Assembly: GCA_905331295.1 (NCBI GenBank)
Contig: CAJNYD010000074.1
Span: 62,001-126,000 of the forward strand
Length of the DNA: 64,000 nt
Direction of reading: 5' to 3'
From: Rotaria socialis
Taxonomy: Eukaryota
The translations under genes and the position numbers were made by a program. Below, one piece after another: positions 14,400 through 27,081 of this stretch (position 1 is the first letter of the stretch; each line of letters opens with the position of its first letter). The notes beneath the pieces were generated by a model. It did not search any database, had not been told where the DNA came from, and saw nothing but the letters and a program-made list of their open reading frames with translations.

Positions 14400-15893
14400 T
14401 TAGTCATCGTCTTCTAGGCGAGATTTTTTCATCGCTGAATCACGAGTTTTAGTGGTCGAACCTTTGGTAAATTCAGCTGATTCTTGTTTTGTTAAATCAA
14501 AATCACTTTCATCGGACGAATCATCGTCAGTATTACTCGTATACCTGGGATCTTTAGATGGTTTCCATTCAATATCACCAGGAGATTCACTACTTTCTAT
14601 AATAAATATATGATCAAAGTCAAATATATTTTTTTCTAGACAATGTACCTTCTTTATCAGAAGCACAGCTACTACCGCCAGTTGTTTCATCATCGATAAA
14701 ACTGTCATTATAATCATATTCATTCGGTAAGCCATCATCGTCGTCGTCGACTTGACTTGCTGAAAGGTAAATAGTGTTTTTACACGTATGTATCAATAGA
14801 CAAGTTACTTTTGCGTTTTCTTGTGCTTCGTTTATCTTTAATTTCAATAGAACTTCTTTTAGAATGATGATATTGATTCAGATGTTCAAGATTTTTTCTA
14901 TAGCATTCATGACCATAAGGACATTCAGGTTTTGCTTTATTTTTATCATTTTCTTCATTATTCCAATCAAGATCACCAGGATGACTAGCTTGCTGACGAT
15001 GAGTAGCATTTTTCCTATAGCAAGATTCTCCAAATACACATTGTTCTCTTTTAGTAGAAGTAGCAGCTGTTGATGATGTCTGATTGTCTGTACTTGAATC
15101 GACATCATTAGATATACTAGTTTTTTCTGTAATAAGTATAGAATTGATATCATTATATGAGAATGACGAACGAGAAACTTTCAACCTGTTGAAGCAACAG
15201 CAGTAGATTCATCATTCTCATACGTGATTTCTTTGGTCTTTTGTCTTTCAGAATCTAATTCATAGATAATATTGATAAAAACTCAGACAAGAACAAAATA
15301 ATAATAATATATTTACATATTTGTTTCTTCGCCGATGCAGCAGTGTCTGTTGCGTCTTTGTCTTGTTCTTTATCTCGTTTTGATGCTGATATCGAACTAT
15401 TCGATATCCAAATTGGTAGTGCACGAGTTTTATTTGAATTAGAACTAGTTTTTGATTCCATTTTTTTCTCGTCATCGTCTTCGATGGCTAATACTTCATT
15501 CAGTTGAATTGGAGATTTTGGTATTGTTGTTGAATCGATTATCGGATCTGATTCAAGAGGTTTTTCTAATTCTTGATCGTGTGATTTAATTGAAACTTGA
15601 TAAAAATATTCATCTGGCAGAAGACCAAATTGATCATTATCATGTAGTTGATATTCTTTATCTTTCTTTAGAGTAACTATTTGATTTGCTTTTGTTTTAT
15701 AAAACGTTGGATTATCATGTATCGATTTTATCCATAATGTTCCATCGGATTTTATGAATAACTGGGCATGATTACGAGATATTCTATTATCCATACAACC
15801 TGTATGTAATGTACGGCCGATTGTGGTTGTTACAGTGTCATCAAGATTAATATGGTTGCCTTTACCTAATGGAATTAATTCTACTATAGGCAT
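14400..15893 (-). CDS. APLF: Aprataxin and PNK-like factor (FHA + Ku-binding motif + 2 PBZ zinc fingers + acidic tail)
   Basis: FHA IGR..DNRISRNHA; KTRALPIWI; PBZ CVFGESCYRKNATHRQQASHP and CPYGHECYRKNLEHLNQYHH; acidic GLPNEYDYNDSFIDDE and EWKP. Split by short introns. Confidence 0.93.
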
Positions 15894-16572
15894 TTCTGTT
15901 TAATTGAGAACGTTTTTCATTATGAAATACATACATTTTATAAGTTTTGCCTAGTCAACTAGAAATTTCAACATTGGTATGTAATTACAATATAGATTCG
16001 TCGAAAAAGCAGAGAATAAGAAAAATATTTAATAGAAAATAAAAATCTTCATACAATTCAAGTTCAATTGATTCAAAATATACTTACAATCGACACCGAA
16101 TGAATGCAATAAAGATATCTCGTCGTTTTAACTTATTCGATATCTCTGGTAAGAACTGCCATCTATATACTATCTGTTGATTATATAGTATAGTATATAA
16201 AGAAGTATCAAATGGTAATAGATATTCTTGAAGCAGCTAAATTAGCTTTTGATGATAAAAAATATCGGCATACATTTAATGTAATATCTAAATTATATCA
16301 ATATTGCCTAACTCAATACAGTAGTACCTATTCTGGTGAAAGGATACCTTTAAGAAATTTGCTTAATCTAATTTTGTAATTCAACATCTTTTCAAGGAAT
16401 TAAATATCTGAATTAATAAATGTTCTATCTTTTAATTCAATATATATTATCACTTTTAACAAATGACTATCAATGGATCTATCGACTTATCTAATTAAGT
16501 TAAACGTAATCTATAATTGAAAGAGTATATATGAGCTGGGAATGACGATAAATGATAGGAAAAAGCTAGTTT

Positions 16573-16647
16573 AAAAAATATCTTGGGTGTGAGTGTGGGT
16601 GTGAAGAGAGATAAACATACCCATACCCGCACCCTCAAGATATTTTT
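16573..16647. repeat. Imperfect inverted repeat / hairpin of about 75 nt
   Basis: AAAAATATCTTGGGTGTGAGTGTGGGTGTG, 12-nt loop, CATACCCATACCCGCACCCTCAAGATATTTTT. Confidence 0.85.
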
Positions 16648-16899
16648 CTATTACTTTAATTATTAATTAGATATAACTTTGTTGTTAGGTAGTGTTATTT
16701 AATCATTAAATATAAATTTATTTTAAAATTAGATATAGATTGCTATATTTTTAGGTATTGGTTTATATTTACCCCAAAAATATCCACCGATGATAAAAAC
16801 ATCTATAAACCTGCAACGAATCCTTCGAACCCTTGAGAAAATATTTTGTACTTTACTCCTACATCACAGCAGAAAAGAATAATCAACGTATCATTAATT

Positions 16900-16904
<5 letters not shown>

Positions 16905-16938
<34 letters not shown>
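16905..16938. repeat. (TA)n microsatellite
   Basis: Uninterrupted TA run; shorter TA runs occur throughout the window. Confidence 0.95.
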
Positions 16939-16941
<3 letters not shown>

Positions 16942-17898
16942 GTGACACGTAATGATTCATGTGAAACACTTGTATTGAATAGCATATCGAAATAAATACA
17001 AAAATTCTCGTTGAAAGGTTCCATAGAAAAAACATTCACAAGTAAGTCTTAATCTTCGCTTCCGTGAGTATGTATAACTTGATTTTTTTATCATACATAT
17101 ATTTTTACATGAATTCTCATCGTATGTGATTCCTTAATCATTCGTATTTTTGTAGAATCAGAAAAAGGTTTCACAAAAATTATTCAAATCATTCTTTTTT
17201 TCAAATAGAAATGAAGAGCTTTTTTCACCAGCATACTTTGTAAGTACCACTTGAGCCAAACGTAAATAGAATCAACTTTACATTAGTTACTTTCGGTCAG
17301 TGAGTTTTCTCCTTTTCTCAAGTATTCTCATAAGAAGAACAAAAGCATAAATGGAAATGGTGTATGCTTACGTATGTTATAAACAGATGTATGTAGTCTT
17401 GAATCAACACCATCATGATGCATGTCTCATATTTGTATTTCTTTCTTTTTTCTCTCCCTTTTCTCCTAGGTCTATTACGCTTATAATATGTATGCACGTA
17501 AATATAAAGATAAGGGCGGAAAACAAAAAGAATGTTAACCTTTGGCACAGAGTTAACCATGCATAATCAATCATGCCGAGCTTTGTTTGTTGTAAACGAG
17601 CTGCATTTTATTATATTTTTCTCAGTTTTCGATCGTTGTTCATGCTGAAAATTATAAAAATTATATTTTATATCGATTAATAAATGAGCCGTATCAAATT
17701 ACATTTTTTTAGAGTTTGTTTTGATGTTTTCAATCGAAATACATTTGACAATCAAACACTATAGGAGTCATTTCGAATGAATTTTTTTATTTCTAAAACA
17801 GTCGATCAGAAACAAGAAAAGGTCTCGTCAAAGGTTTGTATCCAGATAAATATATATATATATATATAGCACAAAAGTAAATAAATGTTTTTCTTCAA

Positions 17899-19767
17899 AT
17901 GACTACAAGAGAACAGGAAAAAAACTATATACAAGTAAGAATCGATCGCATGACGTTATAACTCTATGCTCGTCATATTTTAATGGTCTTTTGCTATTTT
18001 TACTATAAACCACGAATATATTTATAGAATATCGTTTCAAATTACATGAAACACTTAATTTTGATATCAAATTACAAATCATAGTTTTGTTTATTTCTTA
18101 TTAAATTATAGATGAATTTTGATGCAAATTTGGATAATTATTTTGATGAAGATGTTGAATTAACATCTGAAACCGATCAAGGTGGTATTGTAATACCTAA
18201 ACAAACATGTGAACACGTTCAATACGTAAGATTAGTTGAAGGATTCAGTCCTCTTAATAATAAACAATGCATCGATTGTGAAAATACAATTGAAAATTGG
18301 TTATGTTTATCATGTGGTGAAATTCATTGTAGTCGTTATATTAACAATCACGGAGAAGGTCATTGGTTATTTACGTTACTTACAGATGAAAAATATAATA
18401 TTGGTCATTGTTTAACAATAAGTCTTCAAGATTTATCTGTTTGGTGTTATCCATGTAAATCCTATATAAAAAATGTACGTCTTATTCCATTAATGAAACA
18501 TCTTGAAAGAATTAAATTTGGTTTATTATCAACAAAAGAAAATCAAAATCAAGTGAATTCAAATGCAATTACTAAATCGGTTGTAAAAAGAAATCTTGAA
18601 AATCCATCAACAATAATTGCTGTGCAAGATCTTTCATTGTTAGATGAACTTGAAAAAACTGATCTTCTATCATATTGTTATACACTGAAATTTCGTTCAG
18701 CATCCATTGATGAACTTGTTTGTTTACATTCAAGTGATTATGTTAATATGATTGTATTAGCTGAAAAAAATCATTTAAATATTTCAAACAATCATTTCGA
18801 TTTACAATACGATGAAACAACTTTTTCTGAGGCACGTATAAGCGCTGGAATAACCATTGATGTCATACAAAATGTTCTTAAAAATCATATAAATGGTTTT
18901 ATACTTCTAAAATCACCTGGTCACCGTGCTGTACGTCATCATGGAAATGGAACATCAATATATAATAATGTAGCATTAGGCATTAATAGTGTTCTTATGG
19001 AAAAATCCAAATGCAAAGAACGAAAACGTTCCTTGACATTGTATGATTCAAATAATTCTTTAGATATGCAAGGTGCAACACCCATTGAAAATGCTATTTG
19101 TCATATGATACATATATTAAGTCCAGCATCGGCAGTCGATCATCGAATCAATTGTAAAGCGTCACCGGCAATTATCGATACGAATAATAATAAAATTCAA
19201 ATTGAACGTGTACTTGTTATTGATTTAACATGTGAACATGGTAGTGGAATTCAATCGATCTATTATGAATCTAATCAAGTTTTTTATATATCAATACATG
19301 GCGACAACCATCAAGCCGAATGGAATTATCGTGAATGTGGAAAAAATGATGGACTTGGCTACACGATGAATATTCCTTTATCGTCTATAGATAGTATTGA
19401 TGATAAAGATTATATTACTATTATCAATGAACTTGTTTTACCTATTACAAAAACATTTAAACCCGAATTAATTGTTGTTTGTGTTGATTTTCATGTTCAA
19501 ACGTTAACTCCACTATGCTACGCTTGGATTATTGAACAATTAAGTTTGATTAGTAATAGTAAAGTTGTTGTGGCTTTTGATGGTAATTTATCATCGATAT
19601 CTTCAACGGTAACGTATGTTCAAACTGTACTTTCTGTTCTTATTGGAAAATTATCAACAATTAATAATGATAAATGGGAAAATAATATTAATGTTCATAG
19701 TGACGTTCGTCAAAAAATCGATCTTATCAGACACGAACATAGAAAGTTCTGGCCGTGCTTTACATAA
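17899..19767 (+). CDS. N-terminal HDAC6-type ZnF-UBP domain fused to a degenerate (pseudo) class II HDAC domain
   Basis: ORF 18112-19767, plus a probable 12-codon first exon 17899-17934 (MTTREQEKNYIQ|gtaaga..ag|ATG). ZnF-UBP: CEH..CIDC..ENWLCLSCGEIHCSRYINNH..H..H..DLSVWCYPCKSYI. HDAC-like segments: RSASIDELVCLHSSDYV, KSPGHRA, YNNVA, RVLVIDL..HGSGIQSIYYESNQVFYISIH, G..GLGYTMNIPL, VLPITKTFKPELIVV. Confidence 0.9.
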
Positions 19768-20538
19768 TTGTAATTTGTTATGAAATGCCTTTTTGTTTCA
19801 TTTTTCAAAACGTTTTTCTTTTTTGTATATAGCAAATTCATTTGTATATTTACTAAATATTGGTATGATAAATAATTGATATTTGTTGTTTTCAAAAGTA
19901 CTTTAAATAGAAACATGAAATAAAAATTCAATTATTCTTTGAAGTGTATACAATTGATCTATTTTCGAAATAAGAAATGTTTCAATATCAATTGAAACAA
20001 AATAATTTCATTAAATATCAAAAGATAACAATGGAATATTTGTAATTTAATTTTAAACAGAAAATAATTACAAAGGAAAATATTCGCTCATTTGTCAAAC
20101 TTCAGTCGTTTAAACAAAGAAGAATTCTGATAGAATGAGAACTTGATGATAACGCCTTATGTGTTATTAGAAGTAAAATTAAGAAAAAAAACTTATCTGT
20201 CTACATACTAAAATACAAAGCGAAATATTAAACAATATGAAATTCTACCCATACTTTTCAATAAATGAATTAATTCCTATAGAAATCAGTATTTCGAAAC
20301 TACAATTTTGCGATTAAGACGACAGTATAGTACCATGTTGATGGAACTAAAACATATCACTAACATGTAGCTATTGATTTTAACCATAAAACTATTGATT
20401 TAGTTCGCTATCTTCTTAGTTGGTATTTCACAGATGAAACGAACAAAAGCTATAACGAAATTTTGTTAGTATGCAGTCTTTTGTTAGATATCCATGAAGT
20501 AATTATGTGACGATTTGACGCTCTCCTCTATCATAAGA

Positions 20539-20750
20539 TATGGAGTCGGTGCGGTGCAAAATTTGACCCTATCTATTTTAACATCCATTTTTTCGATTGT
20601 ATTTCATAAAATTGACCACAATACTATTCTATAAAACAACGATTTTGAATCTACATGAAAGATCTGATGGTATTTGTCTATTCGTATTTCAACTTTAGTA
20701 CCATTACCCAAAAACAAGGGACAATTTCATGTCAAGACTTTCGCTCCATA
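20539..20750. mobile_element. Putative small MITE (TA-flanked, short TIRs)
   Basis: Left TA-TGGAGTCG, right CGCTCCA-TA (reverse complement TA-TGGAGCG). The word TATGGAGTCGG also occurs near 9795. Confidence 0.4.
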
Positions 20751-21334
20751 GATTATGTAGGTCGATTCACAATCAATACAAAACGTATAGCATAGAATAT
20801 ATGAAACAATGAATCATTCATTGGTTCAAGAGAAAATGACTATTATTCCATAAATAAAAAATCCATTCTAAGCATACTAATATGATAAAATGTTCTTTGT
20901 AAAAAAAAGACCTCTAGAAGTAAAATGCGATGGACACAACAAACTAAGAATAAAAATATCCTTTATATCAAGTACTTTGTTAAATCTATTGTTTTTCTTT
21001 TTATTCAAGTAATTTACATAATGAGATTTATTTTCAAAATTTTCTTTTAAGATCGATTTGAATAAAGATTTCAAGAAATACAAATGTGTATATATATATA
21101 TATTCTAATGTAATACGAAAAACTATGAACCACGTGTGTGTTATTGTTGCTAGTCTATCTGATTTGTATACAAATGGCAGGCAAACGAAATGACACGTTA
21201 AAGTCGATATCTTTCTTTTATTTTTTCTTTTTCTTCTTCTTTATTTTCGGCATTCGATTATATAGCGAGAAGAAATTTTGTTATAAGCCGTACTGTACAG
21301 GCCAGTTTAGTACATAGAAACAGTTAGTGCAACC

Positions 21335-23241
21335 ATGATGTCGACATCAATTGATCTTCATAATAATATTAATAATGGACGATCCTTAAGAATTGTTTCT
21401 ACAAACCGACTCTTTACTAAAGTTAGAACTGAACAATCAACTGAATCAAGTATTTCATTTTTCTACTTATATTTAATCGGTATTTTTAAAGAAAATTATT
21501 TATCGTTTTAGTATTACCATCGATAATCGATGCATCGAGTTTATTTTCTGATCATCATCTTGACGTATTTTCAAAAGATGAATCAATACTTAATGAAACA
21601 ACAATGATACCAACATCGCCATCGTCGCCATCAACATCATTTGTTGATTTTCATCATAATTTATCAACATCAACACCGTCAACACCAACATCATTTTCAC
21701 CATTACAACATGATCATAGTTATGGTTTATCGACAAATTCTTCATCATTGCTGCCATCACCATCGTCACCTAATACATTAACATCGCCCGATTTAGCGAT
21801 TAATAATACAACAACAATAGATTCATCAAATCGTTCAACGTGGCCACAAATTAATTGTCGAGCATTAAGACCTGATGATTATCATATGTTGCTTGAATTA
21901 TTATCATCAAATACAAACAATGATTCACCACCGACTTGTTTTGGCTCAGCACTTATTGATCCAACAACGCCAACACCCTATTCGGATGCAACGCGCACAC
22001 AACCAAAGAAACGTGTACGCCCTGGCCATGTTAAACGTCCAATGAATGCATTTATGGTTTTTTCACAAATTGAACGTCGAAAAATTGTTCAACTTGCACC
22101 GCATTTACCAAATGCTGATATCAGCAAGTAAGATTGTGATGAAAACACGAAATTTTTAAAATTATAGGCATTTATTTTAGATGTTGCGGAGCGAAATGGA
22201 AACGAATGTCATTACGTGAACGACAACCATACATGGAAGAATCCGAACGATTAAAACAACTTCATGCACGACAATATCCAACTTATAAAGTAATTTGCTG
22301 TTAATATATTGAGATTTTACGTGAAAAAAAGAGCCATAAAAAATCGATCCCTATAAAAATCAAATTTTCCAAAGCAATAAGAAATACCCCTGCTACACCT
22401 CCGAGAACAGAAGAAAGCTGCTATCCAAAAACCCACTGTTGAAATATTCTGTAAATTCTTCCTACATTCTATGAAAGTGTCTAACAACGATCATCTAATA
22501 CTATTGCCAGTCGATTGATCATAATGGATAATGTAGAAAGGTCTCTTTTGATTTGATTTGATTTATCATAATTTCTTCTTCAGATTTAATCGTCTTCCTC
22601 AGTGGATTATCCTAAACATTTATAGTAGCTATAGAATACGGTGATGATGAAAACTGCAACTTGGGATTCGATAAGCGAAACATTTTACTAATATCGATCA
22701 TGACCCATTGAATCATAATAGTTTTGAACAAAAACTTTGTTCTTGTGTTACCTCAAATATATGCTTTCCACATGAGTGAAGTAAAAACGTGCGTCATATA
22801 TCGTTTTTGTTTTATGTTTAGTATCAACCACGAAAGAGAAGCAAAGCTAATCAACCATTAAATCCACCTACTCGATCAGCAGCTACTGCTTCATCATCAT
22901 CTTCACCGCCTCCATCTACTATTCTAACTACAATTCCTTTACAATCATCTATTATTATGAAAGATCAACCACAAACGCCTCCGCCATATTTATCACAACC
23001 ATCGTCATCCTCAGCATCATCGTCACCAGGATCAAATCCAAATGATCCAATATCACGTTTAGTCGCAACTTTATTTGATCAAAAACTGGCTATGTTCGCT
23101 AGTAATTTTCAACAATTTAATATTGATCAATTACAATATCATTTTACACCACCGAATGCTCAAATTTATCCAACATCAACATCAACACCATTTGATCCTA
23201 TCATTTTTCTTGCTAAACAACAAGAACATCGACTAGTTTAA
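21335..23241 (+). CDS. SoxC: Sox HMG-box transcription factor, SoxC-like
   Basis: Exons 21335-21449, 21512-22127, 22181-22289, 22822-23241. TPYSDAT motif then [76 protein letters not shown]. Confidence 0.88.
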
Positions 23242-24517
23242 ATTTATCTAAGCGTTTACAACGTAGATTTACACATTTACATATATATACATATATATAC
23301 ATATAAGAGTAAAACTAGACGAAACAACAATGCAGGAAAACGAAAAATTTTACTTTGCTTTTTTTCACGTTTTATTTTATTTTCTTGTGTTTTGTATGAT
23401 ATGTGATTTCTTCTTTCTTTTTTTTCTCCTTGGATCTTGCTCTACAGTTCTGGTTTTGTTTGTTCTTGGGTCATATCATAGTTGGAACTTGCATCTTTAT
23501 CCATATGAAAAACAAAAGAGATCTCGCTGGTCATTTTTTATTTTATTAATACAATAAAACGAAACAAAAAAAATATGATTCGTATTATTAATTTTATACA
23601 ATATCACTTCCACGATATTAAGAGGAGTTGAAAAAACAATATTAAACTATTTTCTATCCAAAAAGGATTTTAACAGATTGTTTAATCAATCAAATACAGA
23701 GCAATTCTATTAAAAAAGTTATGGTTAACAAAGTTAAATCTCAATATAATAGTACAAAAATTTATTTTCTCGATTGCTTTTCAATCGCTGACATGAACTT
23801 AAAATGAGGATTTTCTTGTTTATGCTGGATTTAAACCCGTCAACTTCGCTCAATATTGTAATGTAGCCTGCAAATCGAAGGTGCACTGAAATTAATTTTA
23901 AAATCATTTTTCTTGTTTCTTGAAAGCGATTGTCGACATATTTCTGAAGTTTCTTCTGCATTCGTAATTATTATCTACAATGATTTCAATTTCACTATTA
24001 CGCTTTTCTAATGATTAATCATTTTATGTTCGAACAATAGTTTTCAGAGAGAAAAATAGTTATATCTAACAGATTATTCATCTACCGTAAAATGGTTCAA
24101 ATAGGTGTGAGAAAGCCTAACAATTTTGTGTGAATAGCCAATTTTCTCTATCGTATTAAATTGAAATCAAAGAGTACTTTTATATAATTTTATTACCAAC
24201 AATTTTACTTTCTATTTCTTGTTGTTGCTTTTTTTATCCGTTCATTATTAGCTAGCCATATAAATTCTCTTATTCGTCGTCGATATTGATCTATTCAAAC
24301 AAGACTAAAACGAAGCCGAAAAGAAAAAACAAAATGAAGGAATAACAACATAGAACGCACTGTAAAACAGCTTCTCTTTTCTTATTTGACTATATTCGCA
24401 CTATTCCTTTTCTTCTATTCTTGTTGTCCACTTTCATCATTTCCATCTTTTGACCGCACACATACAACACATCTAGCATCTTTTCCCCTCGCACTCATCG
24501 GATCACCATCTAAAGAA

Positions 24518-25695
24518 ATGTTTACATCAACTAGCCAAACTAGTTTTAATCCGACAAAAAAGTTAAACATCAATGCTTCGACATCATCACATTCTCAAAT
24601 AGCAACATGTAAACTATTCGTTGGTAATTTAGCAACGCATACAACAGGCGCACATTTGCAAACTATATTTCATTCATATGGACAAGTAATTGAATGTGTT
24701 AAAGTACGTGAACGTTACGGTTTCGTACGATTCGCAAATGGTGAAGAAGCGCAACGTGCTTTAACTGCTTGTAATGGCGTGCAATTAAATGGATATCCAA
24801 TGATTGTTGAATATGCACAAAATGAAATTCTTATTAGTCCGAAATCGCCACGAACCAATAGTACGGGTTCATCAGCATCATTTCGACCTCATCCATATCA
24901 TGCTGGACGATCAGCTATGTCATATCAGGTAAGTTAATTGTTTTTTTGTAGTAAAATTAACATAAAATACTCTTTTGTATATTCTATTAAAAGGCTGATG
25001 CAAAATTAACAACACCCATAACAATAAATACAAAACCTCATCAATCAACCAATCATACGAATCGTGATGATATACCATTATTATCAGCTGCAACAGCAGA
25101 AACAACGAAATATTCTTCATCGAAACTTAATCCTGATGCATCATCGTTTACGCTTCCATTTTCGCCATCGAATCATTATCAACAAAGTCGTACTAATAGC
25201 AAAACTGTTAACATTGAAAATGTCTGTTCAACAAGTGATTATCATTCACAATCAGGTGTATTATCAAGTGGTTCATCATCAATTCGATCTTCGAGTTCTG
25301 TATCGCCATCGATACTTTCAGCTATTTCTCCATCGAATTTATTACCATTTGAATCATCAGATGAAGAGAAAAAACCTAGTCGTTCTACAAATATTATTGA
25401 AAAACGTCCAACAACTAATTCCTCATTAAATATTTTTATTGGTGATAAAATTCTTAGCTTATACGGTTCCACAACACAAGTTGATACAAATAATAATCAA
25501 GCAGAAACAATGAATTTAAATTGCCCTGCTGAAAAATCTACACCATTACAATTTGATAGTCGTGATATTGATCCACGTGATCCGATATTTATTTGGAATT
25601 TCGTATTTTATCCTGATGTCTCAATAAGTCCATTCGTTAAACGTGGAGATATAAAATCATTACTTGAACGTAGAGTTTCACTCTATGCACAATAG
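24518..25695 (+). CDS. Single-RRM RNA-binding protein (RBM4/lark-like RRM) with S/T-rich tail
   Basis: RNP2 KLFVGNL and RNP1 RYGFVRF. Exons 24518-24928 and 24994-25695 are in frame; C-terminal DPRDPIFIWNFVFYPD block. Confidence 0.85.
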
Positions 25696-25814
25696 AATTT
25701 CCTTTATTTTTCTTCTTTTCACTAATATTAACTGCTGGTCAGTAAGAATTGATTCACTGATTTTCTTCTCGTTCGTTAGTATGTTCGTATATTTATTAAT
25801 TCTCGTGTTCAATT

Positions 25815-25818
<4 letters not shown>

Positions 25819-25852
<34 letters not shown>
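25819..25852. repeat. (TG)17 microsatellite in the 3' region of the RRM gene
   Basis: Perfect TG run. Confidence 0.95.
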
Positions 25853-25855
<3 letters not shown>

Positions 25856-27081
25856 GTCCTATGTGTCCTGCAGTTTTTTTCTTTTCCTATTTTCCCAAAA
25901 CACTCAATGGTCATTTTTTTTCTATGTTGAGTTTGCTCTACGTAATCCGCCGCCGTTCTCTTTCCTTGCTAAGAATTTCTCTAAATTATTCATTTATACA
26001 GAATCTTTAATATTTTTTTTCTTTTCGAAATCAAAAAAAACTAATAATTGACATTTTCTTTTTCTTCTCTCTTTCTTTTTTTTCCTGTCTTTTTTTTTTA
26101 TAAACAATCGTCGACTAAGAATTTTCTACGTGTGTATCTGGTGTGAAAGTCTAGGAAACGAAATATGTTCATTTCACGCCGTAATCTATTTTTTCTTTGA
26201 ATTTAATGATATAACAATGTGTACGATGACAATTATATTAAGAATATATATACGAAATGTTCTTTTCAAAGCTGAACCAATGTTTCTTTCTATCATCTTA
26301 CTAGAGATCTTGATCATAAAGCCTAATAAGAAACTCAATACAAAAGTAATTTCTTAGAATTTAAAATGTGGAGAAATCAAAAATAAACACAAACAGTAAA
26401 ATCTATTGATGCTCGTTCTAGTATCAATAAGTATAAACCAACCATATATTGTTGTTTACAACCAGTTCTTATCAAAAAATGTCACAAAATTGATATGTTC
26501 ATGATATGTCTTTGTGTCGCCAATCATCGAATTGAGAAGAGTTTTTTTGGAATCCATGATTTATTCAAGGACAAGGAAAAACTATGGAATATTATATGAA
26601 AAAGAAAGTTTGCGAGTGTGCTTATTAGAAAACACATCTATCATAAAATAAATATAATAATGAATCAAATAGTTATGAACCAATTTTTGTTGCAATTTCT
26701 TTTAACTTAAAATTTTGATAAATGCAGACTTGTTGAGTAAATCTTACTACTCCTAATCATACGGTTTGTTTTCCGAATATACAAAATTTTCGATCAACGA
26801 AGAGAAAACAAGTGTGCACTACAGATTAATAGCGATCGTCGATATTTTGAACTTTATTGTATTTTAGAATTCTTTGCTTTAAACCGCTTACTATTCTATT
26901 CAATAGAAACATGGATGGACTTTGCTATCATGCATACGCTTTACAGGTTTGCACTGCACGCAATTATTGTGGACGAATGTTTTATTTTATCTTTTTTTGT
27001 CTTATCTCTAAGTAAATTAGTATTTCTTGTTGTTACTGTTGTTGTTCGCCCTTGGTACACATTTTAAACTCAACATCGACT

